This document shows, piece by piece, positions 1 through 9,317 of a stretch of 64,000 nt of DNA. The notes beneath the pieces were generated by a model. The model saw only the letters and a program-made list of their open reading frames with translations, did not search any database and was not told the origin of the DNA. The first letter of the stretch is position 1, and each line of letters opens with the position of its first letter. The DNA lies in the IMG/VR virus record IMGVR_UViG_3300006735_000027, positions 1 to 64,000 of that record, one strand, 5' to 3'. The DNA comes from a virus. The position numbers were made by a program, and so were the translations under genes.

Positions 1-1
1 G

Positions 2-1063
2 CAGATTGCGGGGCGCCTCAACGAGCGCGAGGCACTCGCCTTCTGGTCGAGGGCGACAGGAGAGCGCCCACCCATTCCCGTGAAACGATTCCTACAGATG
101 GTTTCCTACCTGACGGCAGCAGGTGCACAGAGCCTGCAAGCCATCGACGCCATGCTCTACACCATGCGCCCCGGCGAGGTCATGCAGCGACTGCTGGCCG
201 AGAAGCCGGACTTGGAGGTGCGCACCATGCAGCCCGGACAGCCTTTCACTGGTCCGGTCTATAGAGCGTGGGACAAGATGACGGCGCCGACCGACGTCTA
301 CGCCGAGGTCATGTCGAACCCACGCCGATACCTGCACGTCACCGAGTTCCCCACAGGGACCTTCCGAGGCGTTCTGTACAGCAGGGACAAGCAGGCCATG
401 GGCAAGCCCGTGGACCTGCCCTACGCAGAGCAGGAGTGTATCATGGAGGTCGAGACCGACGGCATTACCGTCACGCACGTCACCGACCTCCTCGCTCTGG
501 GCGACGACTGGGACATCCATCGTCAGCCCTACAGGGAACGCATCGACGTGCTCCGCACACTCAATCTACAGGTCCCTCTCAAAGAGGGCAAGTTCGTGGC
601 CTCGGGCACCGACTTCACTCACCTGCTCGAAACCATCGAGCCCGCTGAGAAACTGCGCCTCGTTCACACGGAGGGCATCAAGGTCGGCGGCGATGGTGGC
701 TGGGCGATTCTCAAGGACGCCTTCCACGTTCAACTGCTGGCCAACTCAATTATGCGCGACGCTGATTACGACACTTTCGTGCGACTGGGAGCCCTCGACG
801 GCTTCGAGGTCTACGAAGTTGGACAGGTCAAGTTAAGTGCCGCCGTGGCTCAGCACGTGCGTCAGCGCCTTGCTCAGCAGGGTGTTTTGGTTGGACAGGA
901 TTGGCTCCCCATCGACGAGTACGGCTTGGTTGTCGTGCTTGAGGTGAAGGGGTTCTCCCTGAGCGACCTGTCCCTGACGGAGGGAGACGTGCGATACCTT
1001 GACGACAATCTCGGTTATTCGGACGTGTCCCAACTCACGGACCTGATTGAAATGAGCGACTGA
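2..1063 (+). CDS. ATP-dependent DNA ligase homologue, 5'-truncated by the window edge, catalytic motif I degenerate
   Basis: Frame is open from base 2. Ligase-like segments: QPGQPF..P, LYSRD, DLL..G..IHRQPYRERIDVL, WAILK, then an OB-like tail. The ExKxDGxR motif reads EVMSNPRR. Confidence 0.7.
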   Translation, partial: QIAGRLNEREALAFWSRATGERPPIPVKRFLQMVSYLTAAGAQSLQAIDAMLYTMRPGEVMQRLLAEKPDLEVRTMQPGQPFTGPVYRAWDKMTAPTDVYAEVMSNPRRYLHVTEFPTGTFRGVLYSRDKQAMGKPVDLPYAEQECIMEVETDGITVTHVTDLLALGDDWDIHRQPYRERIDVLRTLNLQVPLKEGKFVASGTDFTHLLETIEPAEKLRLVHTEGIKVGGDGGWAILKDAFHVQLLANSIMRDADYDTFVRLGALDGFEVYEVGQVKLSAAVAQHVRQRLAQQGVLVGQDWLPIDEYGLVVVLEVKGFSLSDLSLTEGDVRYLDDNLGYSDVSQLTDLIEMSD

Positions 1064-1073
1064 GATGAGTCCC

Positions 1074-1079
1074 TTATAA
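1074..1079 (+). promoter_or_regulatory. Putative archaeal TATA box upstream of the RFC gene
   Basis: TTATAA in a rare AT-rich intergenic gap, about 31 nt before the ATG at 1111. Confidence 0.45.
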
Positions 1080-1110
1080 CTCCCCAATAAAGAAAAGAAG
1101 GCGATTTGCG

Positions 1111-2043
1111 ATGAACCTACGAGAGAAGTACCGTCCGTCCACTCTGGACGACTTGGTTGGATGCGAGGAGTTCCTTGCTGCAGCCAAGGGCTGGGACATC
1201 GACACGTGTCCCCCCAACATTCTCATCGTGGGTCCGCCCGGCATCGGCAAGACCAGCGCTGCTCTGGCTCTGGTGCGAACCATGCAGGGGGAGTTCTTCG
1301 ACCCCTGCAACTACGGTATCACCAACGCCTCTGACGAGCGCGGCATTGACTTCATCCGTGCCCTCAAAGGCATAAGCCGACAGAAGGGCATGGGCGTCAG
1401 TCGCCGTGCTGAAATCCTCGACGAGTGTGAGAACTTCACGTCACCTGCTCAGAAGGCCCTGCGCCAGATTCTGGAAGAGAGTCACCGCACCACGGTGTTC
1501 ATCCTCATCGCAAACGACATCGGTCCGATTCACAGCGCTATCCGTGACCGCTGCATCACGTTCTACTTCAAGCCCCTATCCGATTCCTCGGACACCGTTG
1601 ACCGCCTGAGTCACATCGTCCGCACCGAGGGCATGCCAGAGGACTGGCACCCTCATCTCGGCGCCTTGGTGCGCCACACCAACGGCAGCATGCGTAAGGC
1701 CATCGACATCCTCGACAGCCTACCCAAGGACAGTGAAGCACTCTCCGTCCGCTTGCGCCGAGACACCAGCCATCTCAACAAGGCTGCCCTGAATCTCATG
1801 GGCAGCGATTTCCCTGCAGTGACCCGCCTGCTAACGCAGGCCCTGAACGGAGGGCAGTCACGCTTCGGCGTGCTGCGTGGTCTGCGACATCGCGTGCGTC
1901 CGCTCATGGAGAGCGAAGACGACTGGCACGCATTCATGCTCACGTATGGCGAGTTCGCCCTTCTGGCCCCTGTGTGGCCGGATGACGACCTCTCCTACGT
2001 GGAATACTTCGTAGCAAAAATGAAGAAGAACATGGAGGCATAA
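1111..2043 (+). CDS. rfcS: Replication factor C small subunit (clamp loader)
   Basis: EKYRP.TLDDLVG, Walker A GPPGIGKT, NASDERGID, Walker B ILDECE, AQKALR and an SRC-like IRDRC motif. Confidence 0.93.
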   Translation: MNLREKYRPSTLDDLVGCEEFLAAAKGWDIDTCPPNILIVGPPGIGKTSAALALVRTMQGEFFDPCNYGITNASDERGIDFIRALKGISRQKGMGVSRRAEILDECENFTSPAQKALRQILEESHRTTVFILIANDIGPIHSAIRDRCITFYFKPLSDSSDTVDRLSHIVRTEGMPEDWHPHLGALVRHTNGSMRKAIDILDSLPKDSEALSVRLRRDTSHLNKAALNLMGSDFPAVTRLLTQALNGGQSRFGVLRGLRHRVRPLMESEDDWHAFMLTYGEFALLAPVWPDDDLSYVEYFVAKMKKNMEA

Positions 2044-2045
2044 AA

Positions 2046-3293
2046 ATGAGCGAAACCCAGAACTGGCCCGACGACGTAACCAAGCGACTGCAGGGCTATG
2101 CAGAAAAGATGAACGTAACGCTGGAGAAGGCCGCTGAGGCCTTCGCAGCGTGGCTGAAGAAAGAGTTCGAGGTCGAGGACGCCCTCGCCGAAGACCCCTT
2201 CTACCTCAGCCAGTGGAGTGAACAATTCGTCATCGAGACGAGGAACGCGAGCCAGTCTCGCGGTCGAGAGACTGTGCCCTTCGTGGGCATGTTCATCGGC
2301 ATCGACGACGACAAGCGTGACGCGCGCCGCAGTAAGGCGGAGCAAGCGCTGACGATGTTCCAGAACAACCGCGACCGAGCCATCGACGAAGGCCTTGTGG
2401 GCATTCTCACGGCCAAGGAGGGCCGCTGGCACATCAACGGAGAGGTGACCGACGACCGCGTCGACGGCAGCAACCTCCCGTGGTACGGCTTCGAGCACGA
2501 CGACATGCTGCTCTGCCTGCTCACGGTCCGTGACGGCGAGCGAAAGCCCATCGCCCGACACTCTTTCAGCCGTCGCGCTTACTTCCTCGGCTCTGCTGAG
2601 AGTGGTGGCGACATCAAGCGTTGGACCGTCAGCCTCCAAGGCGATGCGTCCATGAACGCACTCTACCGCAAGTGGGAGGCCTGCAAGATTCAGGTCATCG
2701 CCCCCACCAAGGACGACCAAGACATCCTCTACACCAACCGCAACTTCGTCGAGACGGCCGAGTACACCGACGCGTGGCTCCCCGAGCACCTGCGTCAGGC
2801 CTTCACCGCCGAGCGCTTGCTCGTCAACACGAGCATGCACGGTGAATACGCTGAACTCAGCGAACTCATTGAGGCGCACGGCGAGCGCAAGAAGGAGACG
2901 GCCAACGGCTACACCATCAACCCGATTGTGGTCACCAGCGGCTACGTCACCTACCTCAACCGTGACCCGATGCAGAGCGAGTACGATGTGACTGGGCGCA
3001 ACTTCCGTCTGGCCATTTACCGTCAGGGCGTTGACCCGGTGACCGTCTGGGTCCCCGGACGACTGCACGACGATGACCGCATCTTCGAGTACCGTGACCG
3101 CAACGGCGAGTGGCGTCACTACAACGAGAAGACGCAGGTCATCGTGGTCGGTCAACTCCGCCTCAAGCCATACCAGAACGAGATGCAGCCGAGCCTCAGC
3201 GCTCTGGGCATCTACATTCCACCTCGCACCGCCCGTCCCGCAGGGGGCAAGGGCGACACGAGCCTGAACCAATTCGGAGGGAAGAAAGAATGA
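2046..3293 (+). CDS. Putative OB-fold single-stranded DNA-binding (RPA-like) protein
   Basis: 415 aa within the replisome operon. C-terminal beta pattern (VTSGYV...VTVWV...QVIVVGQLRL...SLSALGIY) resembles an OB fold. Confidence 0.5.
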   Translation: MSETQNWPDDVTKRLQGYAEKMNVTLEKAAEAFAAWLKKEFEVEDALAEDPFYLSQWSEQFVIETRNASQSRGRETVPFVGMFIGIDDDKRDARRSKAEQALTMFQNNRDRAIDEGLVGILTAKEGRWHINGEVTDDRVDGSNLPWYGFEHDDMLLCLLTVRDGERKPIARHSFSRRAYFLGSAESGGDIKRWTVSLQGDASMNALYRKWEACKIQVIAPTKDDQDILYTNRNFVETAEYTDAWLPEHLRQAFTAERLLVNTSMHGEYAELSELIEAHGERKKETANGYTINPIVVTSGYVTYLNRDPMQSEYDVTGRNFRLAIYRQGVDPVTVWVPGRLHDDDRIFEYRDRNGEWRHYNEKTQVIVVGQLRLKPYQNEMQPSLSALGIYIPPRTARPAGGKGDTSLNQFGGKKE

Positions 3294-4357
3294 GCGGATG
3301 GGAAGCACTTGCAGCAGGAAACACGAACGCACCGACTCCCAAGCCGGCGCCCAAGTCGGCCCCGGACGTCGAAGAAATCGTGCAGGAACTGAGGGAACTC
3401 GCTGAGAACCGTGGCGCTGCCCCGGAACCCAAGACTCCCACTGCGCCCGAGCCGGTCACCTCGACCGAGTTCGTCAGCCGATTCCCCGGCCTGCAGGCTG
3501 AGATGGAGTTGCAGTCCAGCGCGCCCGAAATCAAGCCAAGCCACATCTTCATGGGTATCGTCGGCCACGAGGGCACCGGCAAGACCGGCCTCGCGTTCGA
3601 TGCGCACGCCCACAAGTACCCCGATGGCCTGTGCTTCGTGCTCGACCACGACAACGGTGGCCTCTCGTGCAAGTTGGCGCACTACGACAACTCGCCCATG
3701 TTCCGGGTCTTCGAGCCTTGGGTCATGCAACAAGAGAACCGCACGGCGTACAACTACCTTGCATCGTACAACCGCGTCATGGACATTGCCAAGTTCGCCG
3801 TGGAGTATGCACAGAATCAACAGCAGCCCGGATTCGAGGGACCGCTTCTGCGCTCCTTCATCGTGACCGGGCTTGACCAGTTCGACGGTATGTGCATCAA
3901 CGTGATGAAGATTCACGACCTCGACATGGATGCCACTGACGCTGTCGCTGCGAGCGCTGCGAAGTTGAACAAGGAGATTGGGTGGAACTGGAGCATCCGC
4001 GCCACCCGCTTCAAGCAACTGACCGCACAGTGCCAGAAGTTGAACCGGTTGGGTGTCGACGTCTACTGGGAGACGCACCTCAAGGAGGACAAGGAAGGCA
4101 AGGTCGGCTTCGACGGCTGGAAGTTCGCATGGCACAACAGCGCCAATCAGGACCTGTTTCAGGTGCTCTGGTGCAAGCGCAAGGTCATTCGCAACGCCGA
4201 GGGCGCTCGCACGGGCGAGACCCGCTACAGCGCCGAGTTCTTCAAACAGAAGACCAACTCCAACCTGCTGAATCAACAGCGCGATTACTTCGTCACCAAC
4301 ACGGGCGAAGAAGCGCAGTGGTACGGCATGGCTGAACTGCGCGACGGTGCCATCTGA
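3290..4357 (+). CDS. P-loop ATPase (AAA_24/Sak4- or RecA-like recombination ATPase)
   Basis: Walker A GHEGTGKT, followed by VLDHDNG. True start is probably ATG 3290 (ATGA overlap, GGAGG at 3276). Pro-rich N-terminal linker. Confidence 0.7.
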   Translation: MSGWEALAAGNTNAPTPKPAPKSAPDVEEIVQELRELAENRGAAPEPKTPTAPEPVTSTEFVSRFPGLQAEMELQSSAPEIKPSHIFMGIVGHEGTGKTGLAFDAHAHKYPDGLCFVLDHDNGGLSCKLAHYDNSPMFRVFEPWVMQQENRTAYNYLASYNRVMDIAKFAVEYAQNQQQPGFEGPLLRSFIVTGLDQFDGMCINVMKIHDLDMDATDAVAASAAKLNKEIGWNWSIRATRFKQLTAQCQKLNRLGVDVYWETHLKEDKEGKVGFDGWKFAWHNSANQDLFQVLWCKRKVIRNAEGARTGETRYSAEFFKQKTNSNLLNQQRDYFVTNTGEEAQWYGMAELRDGAI

Positions 4358-4366
4358 GGTGAGCCC

Positions 4367-5128
4367 ATGGCATCCTTCACGCTGAGCACGGAGAACTTCG
4401 TCAACTTCCTGACGTCGTTCGGCAACGACCTGATGGACATCACCATCAAGGTCGAGGCGGCAGCCATTTCTGCCGCTGTCGGCAAGACGACCCACTACGT
4501 CTCGCGCCGCATGGATTGTGGTGCTGAAAAAACGGGTTACGTCCACATCACCGACCTGCCGAAGTTGAAGGCTTTCCTGAAGAAGGCCAAGGTCTCCGAC
4601 CTCCGACTCAGCCAAGAGGGCAATACGGGCACCCTGCACGTGCGTGGCGGGAAGATGAGCCTCCAGTTGCCTACGGCAGCGTTCGTCGAGTCTCAGAAGC
4701 GCGTCGGCATGATGCAGAGCGCCATCGACCGCTCGCGCGATTCGATGTGGCAATCGTGGTTCGACGCACCGTTGACCCACCATGGTCGAGTCTCATCTGA
4801 ATCGCTGAAACCTGTGACGGCGTTCAAGTCCGTCCTCGGTGACCAATACGGCTGCAAGACCGAGTTCGATGCAGACGGCTCAGAGTTCGTCGTGCGCGGC
4901 GGCAAGCAGTCCACGGGCAAGATGTTCGTGCGTGCTCCGCTGACGCAAGTTGAAGCGCCGGGCAACAACGCTCGCTCTGCCTTCGACAAGTGGCTCCCTG
5001 AGTTGCTGAACAACTTGCCATCGGGCGACGTCGACATCCACACGGGAGACGAGACCGTGCTCATCATCGAGCAGGCTACGACGCAGTTCCTGATGGTCGT
5101 CATCGACCAGCAATACGAGGAGGACTGA
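4367..5128 (+). CDS. Putative PCNA-like DNA sliding clamp
   Basis: 253 aa with a two-domain alpha/beta pattern and an acidic tail, located between RFC and PolB. Confidence 0.6.
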   Translation: MASFTLSTENFVNFLTSFGNDLMDITIKVEAAAISAAVGKTTHYVSRRMDCGAEKTGYVHITDLPKLKAFLKKAKVSDLRLSQEGNTGTLHVRGGKMSLQLPTAAFVESQKRVGMMQSAIDRSRDSMWQSWFDAPLTHHGRVSSESLKPVTAFKSVLGDQYGCKTEFDADGSEFVVRGGKQSTGKMFVRAPLTQVEAPGNNARSAFDKWLPELLNNLPSGDVDIHTGDETVLIIEQATTQFLMVVIDQQYEED

Positions 5129-5130
5129 GC

Positions 5131-5298
5131 GTGAAGACTCCAGACAAGGTGCAGTGCGCCGGCTGTGGGGACACGTTGGTCGTTCACGAGCACGACATCT
5201 ACATGACGATGGACCTCCACGAAGACGAGACCATCGACCTTGATACCGTCAAGTTTCGATGCCAAGCCTGCGCAAGTGCTGCGGGGGTGGCTCAGTGA
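5131..5298 (+). CDS. Small Zn-ribbon protein (55 aa; not in ORF track)
   Basis: GTG start after GAGGAGG. Translates MKTPDKVQCAGCGDTL...FRCQACASAAGVAQ, two CxxC pairs, and fills the gap exactly. Confidence 0.7.
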   Translation: MKTPDKVQCAGCGDTLVVHEHDIYMTMDLHEDETIDLDTVKFRCQACASAAGVAQ

Positions 5299-5459
5299 CG
5301 CGACGTGACGTCTGCTGGTACTGCGGCGGTCGCCTCATCTGGGGCAACGACTGGAACCCAGAAGACTGGGGTCTGGACGGTGAGGGCATCGTGTCCACGC
5401 TGACTTGCAGCGATTGCGGTGCAGAAGTCCAGTACGTGCTCATCAACGAGGAGGAGTGA
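5295..5459 (+). CDS. Small Zn-ribbon protein (54 aa)
   Basis: GTGA overlap with the previous gene; CWYC...CSDC. Confidence 0.7.
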   Translation: MTRRDVCWYCGGRLIWGNDWNPEDWGLDGEGIVSTLTCSDCGAEVQYVLINEEE

Positions 5460-5461
5460 AC

Positions 5462-7789
5462 ATGATTGTCGATACCTTCCGACCGGACCCCGAGGGTCCC
5501 GACCACCTGTACCTCAGGTGGCGTGATGCGGAAGGTAACCTCATCGAGCGCACGGTTGACGACTACCGACCCTACTTCTGGGTCTCAGCCGACACCGACC
5601 CCCGCTACATGAGCAGGGTTCTCGACGATTACTTCGGCTCAAGCGTTGACTGGAACGATACGGCAGTTGGCCTTCGAGACAACGAGCGGCTCGTCAAGGT
5701 CTACGCCTACCGAGAAAGCGACCTGCGCGACATGTCGCGCCGTTTCCGTCAGACTTGGGAGGCCGACATCCCGCTCGCCGACAAGTACCTCATCGACCAC
5801 TACCCACGCATGCCCAAGTGGAAGCCCCGTGTCTGGCACTTCGACTTGGAGTGGGACCCTGAAACGAACGAGACCACCGTCATGGCCGTCGCGGACAACT
5901 ACAACCACCGGCATGTCGCATTCTGCTGGAAAAAAGGCAACCCCACCGGCCTCTACGACATGGACCATCACATCGAGACTCGGCATGTTTCATATGAGGT
6001 GCGCGGTGAACAGGTGGAGTTCACCTACGAACGCCACCTGTACGGCTGTGAATCCGACATGCACCGCGCGTTCCTCGACTACATGGACGAGTGCGACCCC
6101 GATGTGTTCGTGGCGCACGCTCTGATGTGGGCCGACCTTCCGCACCTCACTAAGCGACTCAAACAATTCCGACGACTCAGTCCACTAAAGCGCGTCATCG
6201 GGACGCGTAAGGGCTACGACTACACCGACCAACCCATCCTCGGTCGGCTGTGCTTCGACACGGCGTCACCCCTGCGCAGCGGTAGCGGCTTCGAGCGCGT
6301 CTGGAAAGACAGTGGCAAGCCCCAACTGAAGAACCTCAAACTGGACACCATCGCGCAGGCCTGCGGCCTCGGCGGCAAGTTCGACATGGACGTGTTCACC
6401 GGCTGGACCGAGCGGTTCGACGAATACGTCGACTACTGCATGCAGGACACCATTCTCCTCAAGCGCATTGACGAGGACAACCACGTCCTCGACTTCTTCT
6501 TCTCTCTGCAGGAACTCTGCGGCGTGTCGTTCGCTTCCTGCCACAACGTCACCCGTTTCGCCAAAGGTCTGCTCAACCGCAGGACCGAGTGGAAGGCTCC
6601 CAGCCGCTCCACTCAGGAGAAGCAAGACTACGAAGGAGCGTTCATTCCTCCGCCTCGACCGGGTCGCTACGAAGGCGTGGCCTGTGTCGACTACAAGGGC
6701 CTATACCCATCACTCATCCTCAGCCACAACCTTTCGTGGGAAACGCAGGTCCCCAAGGACCAAGCGTGGCGTGACGACGTCCGCCAATTGCCCGACGGCA
6801 CCTGTTGGGTACAGGGCGTTGACGCGCTCTTGCCGACCATCGTCACTGAGATGTTCGAGAAGCGCGACGAGTATAAGCGAAAGATGCGCGAAGCCGACAC
6901 CGAATCTGAGCGAAACGGATGGAACACGCTGCAACTTGCCGTAAAGCGGGTCATGGCGTCGTTTTACGGCATGACTGCCAGCGCTCACTGGGGTTGGGCG
7001 GACTTCGACATCGCCAGCGCCATCACAGCCTGCGGGCGACAGGCTATTCGGTTCCTGATGAGCGAATCAGAGGCGCAGGGCTACGATGCTCTGTACGGTC
7101 ACACCGACTCTGCGTTCGTCAAGGTCCCACTCGACGAGGCAGATGCGCTCGCCAAGCACCTGACCGCTGAAGTCCAGCGCCGGTTGGAAGCAAGTCATCT
7201 CATTGTCGAGTTGGAGGCCTACATGCCCTACTGGATTGTCGGAGGCAAGAACCTCTACTACGGCATCTGCTCTTTCCCGCCCGAAGACGACGGCAAGGTC
7301 AAAAGCGCGCGCTGGGGCAAAATCAGCACGCTCTCTCCCATTTCCAAGGACCTCGAAAACGATGTATTGACCGCCATCTGCAACGGTGCAGATGAGAATC
7401 AGGTCATCGACATGGTCCGTCCTATCTCGAAGCGCATTCTGCGCGGCGACTTCAATCTCAAGGATGTCGCTTCCACCACCCGCTTGCAGAAGCATCCGTC
7501 CAAGTACGAAAAGGTCGGAGGCGGAATCAAGGCGGCCATTTACTATAACGAGCACGTCAAGAACGCTTACGGCGAAGGCTCCAGCGTTGACTGGGTCTAC
7601 GTCCGCGACAACCGGACGCCGGTCATGGCGTTCGAGGATGAGTCTGATTTGGACGGCTACGAATTGGACGTCGACCTGATGGTGGACAAACTGGTGAAAG
7701 CCAAACTTAAGCCGATTTTCAAGGCCCTTGACTGGGACTTGGATGCAGCAGCGGGCGCCGCCCGTCCCAAGAACTACTTCGAGGTGTGA
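5462..7789 (+). CDS. polB: Family B DNA polymerase
   Basis: Exo I FDLE, Exo III YCMQD, motif A DYKGLYPS, motif B KRVMASFYG, motif C YGHTDS and KNLYYG. Start ATG 5462 follows GGAGGAG. Confidence 0.95.
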   Translation: MIVDTFRPDPEGPDHLYLRWRDAEGNLIERTVDDYRPYFWVSADTDPRYMSRVLDDYFGSSVDWNDTAVGLRDNERLVKVYAYRESDLRDMSRRFRQTWEADIPLADKYLIDHYPRMPKWKPRVWHFDLEWDPETNETTVMAVADNYNHRHVAFCWKKGNPTGLYDMDHHIETRHVSYEVRGEQVEFTYERHLYGCESDMHRAFLDYMDECDPDVFVAHALMWADLPHLTKRLKQFRRLSPLKRVIGTRKGYDYTDQPILGRLCFDTASPLRSGSGFERVWKDSGKPQLKNLKLDTIAQACGLGGKFDMDVFTGWTERFDEYVDYCMQDTILLKRIDEDNHVLDFFFSLQELCGVSFASCHNVTRFAKGLLNRRTEWKAPSRSTQEKQDYEGAFIPPPRPGRYEGVACVDYKGLYPSLILSHNLSWETQVPKDQAWRDDVRQLPDGTCWVQGVDALLPTIVTEMFEKRDEYKRKMREADTESERNGWNTLQLAVKRVMASFYGMTASAHWGWADFDIASAITACGRQAIRFLMSESEAQGYDALYGHTDSAFVKVPLDEADALAKHLTAEVQRRLEASHLIVELEAYMPYWIVGGKNLYYGICSFPPEDDGKVKSARWGKISTLSPISKDLENDVLTAICNGADENQVIDMVRPISKRILRGDFNLKDVASTTRLQKHPSKYEKVGGGIKAAIYYNEHVKNAYGEGSSVDWVYVRDNRTPVMAFEDESDLDGYELDVDLMVDKLVKAKLKPIFKALDWDLDAAAGAARPKNYFEV

Positions 7790-7791
7790 AC

Positions 7792-7977
7792 ATGAGCAGA
7801 GTTGAGGAAGAAGTCATCGCCAAGATTCGACAGCGCGCAGAGGTTGGCAAGGCCAAGTACGGCGTTACGATGGAGCGCGGTGACCTTGGACTGCTTGACT
7901 GGCTCCAGCACCTGCAAGAAGAACTCATGGACGCCGCCGTCTATGTGCAGCGGCTGATGGAGGAGGTGGCAGAATGA
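7792..7977 (+). CDS. Small all-helical protein, MazG-like nucleotide pyrophosphohydrolase candidate
   Basis: R..G..KYG...WLQHLQEELMDAAVY, an EExxD acidic helix of a common phage family. Confidence 0.5.
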   Translation: MSRVEEEVIAKIRQRAEVGKAKYGVTMERGDLGLLDWLQHLQEELMDAAVYVQRLMEEVAE

Positions 7978-8136
7978 GCAAGTGCACTGCAATCATCAAG
8001 AGCGGCAAGCGCAAAGGCCAAGTCTGCGGGAGGAACGCCATTGCAGGCGTTGGTGTCTGTGGTCCCCATTGGAGGCAGGCTCCGCCCGAATGCCTTCACC
8101 CATCCGCTCGGAAGGAGGTGGCAGAATGAGCAAGTG
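7961..8136 (+). repeat. Perfect 24-bp direct repeat AGGAGGTGGCAGAATGAGCAAGTG (7961-7984 and 8113-8136)
   Basis: Read directly from the sequence. Each copy contains an SD site plus an ATGA stop/start overlap. Confidence 0.95.
7974..8129 (+). CDS. Small CCCH Zn-finger protein (51 aa; not in ORF track)
   Basis: MSKCTAIIKSGKRKGQVCGRNAIAGVGVCGPHW..., with ATGA overlaps at both ends and a strong SD. Confidence 0.75.
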   Translation: MSKCTAIIKSGKRKGQVCGRNAIAGVGVCGPHWRQAPPECLHPSARKEVAE

Positions 8137-8317
8137 GATGTTCTGGAAGAAGGTCGTGCAATCGACCCCTCGCGTGAGCACCCGTCCGTTCTGGAAGCGT
8201 GGCAAGCGCTGCCCAACCTGCGGCCACTACGACAAAATACCCACGCGTCAGACGCAACTCGCTGAGTTCTTCGACGCGGGCCAAGGAAAGCAATCAAAAC
8301 TGGAGGAATACGCATGA
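8126..8317 (+). CDS. Small basic protein with CxxC and two PIP-box-like motifs
   Basis: Start ATG 8126 after GGAGGTG; CPTCGH, QTQLAEFF and QSKLEEY. Confidence 0.65.
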   Translation: MSKWMFWKKVVQSTPRVSTRPFWKRGKRCPTCGHYDKIPTRQTQLAEFFDAGQGKQSKLEEYA

Positions 8318-9315
8318 GCAAGCGGAACTGGGAAGCGTACAGCAAGTCGACCTACGACTGGAAGCCGGGTCACGAAAAGCGACTCAGACTGACCAAGTCG
8401 AGCCTGACCAGCGACTTCGACTTCTGCCCCAAGCAGTACGAGTACAAGCGCATTCACCGATTGCCTGAGCCCGGCACCGAGGCCATGACGCGCGGGACCA
8501 ATGTCCACGACGCAGTTGAGCACTACTACGACCACGTTGCACCTCATCTGGACGAACTCTACACGCTGATGCAGCGCGGCAAGCGCGATGAGGCGTTGGC
8601 ACTGGCGCTTTCCGCTATGCCAGAGGAAGAGTACGAACTTGGGGAGGAGCCCATTATCGAGGTCAGGCTCCGGTGGGACTTGGAGCGATTGCTCTCTGGA
8701 GGCAAGGAGGATTACCTACCCATCATCAACGAGACTGAGATTCACGCCTACAGCGACGAAGAGTTCACACTCAACGACGAGACTGTTACCATTCCCGTTC
8801 ACTGGGCAGGCAGCATTGACCGTGGCTTCGCTGAGGCTGACGGCGGCGTCGCCCTCATGGAACTGAAGACCGGTAAGTGGGTACAGACCCGCAGGGACGA
8901 TGACCAACCATGGGAGGACCCGAAGTTCAAGGTGCAGAGCATGCGCACAGAAATGGCCTTCTACAAGCACCTGCTCAAGGTGGCCGACCACCCCCTACAG
9001 AACGTGACTCACTGGGGATGGGTCTTCCCCGGCGGAGAAGTCGCAGGACTGGACCCACTCAACAAGTACGGTTACGAACAACGCAGCATCAACCGTATTT
9101 TCTACGAGCCAGTCACCAAGCGCAGGGATTCTGATTACACCAAGCGGAAGATTCGACGCCTCATGGAAGCGCTCTTTACGGCCTACCTGACCGAGCAATG
9201 GGAGACCAAGCCCAGCCAAAATAAATGCGCTTGGTGCAACTTCAAGTCGATTTGCCCCTCATGGGAGGGTAGCGACAACCCACAAGAATACCGAGACAAC
9301 TACGCGGAGGCCTGA
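8314..9315 (+). CDS. Cas4-like PD-(D/E)XK exonuclease with Fe-S cysteines
   Basis: CPKQY, RGTNVH, GSIDR, ELKTG and C-terminal CAWCNFKSIC. Confidence 0.85.
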   Translation: MSKRNWEAYSKSTYDWKPGHEKRLRLTKSSLTSDFDFCPKQYEYKRIHRLPEPGTEAMTRGTNVHDAVEHYYDHVAPHLDELYTLMQRGKRDEALALALSAMPEEEYELGEEPIIEVRLRWDLERLLSGGKEDYLPIINETEIHAYSDEEFTLNDETVTIPVHWAGSIDRGFAEADGGVALMELKTGKWVQTRRDDDQPWEDPKFKVQSMRTEMAFYKHLLKVADHPLQNVTHWGWVFPGGEVAGLDPLNKYGYEQRSINRIFYEPVTKRRDSDYTKRKIRRLMEALFTAYLTEQWETKPSQNKCAWCNFKSICPSWEGSDNPQEYRDNYAEA

Positions 9316-9317
9316 AG

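Noticed and set aside
1995-4783. Long antisense ORFs (445 aa and 523 aa)
   Set aside because: Shadow frames of high-GC3 sense genes, with no motifs or SD sites.
7982-8125. N-terminal extension of the 111-aa ORF
   Set aside because: Region is better explained by the 7974-8129 Zn-finger gene plus a start at 8126.
8314-9315. Cas4-like gene as evidence of a CRISPR-Cas system
   Set aside because: No repeat-spacer array or other cas genes seen; stand-alone Cas4-like nucleases are common in archaeal viruses.
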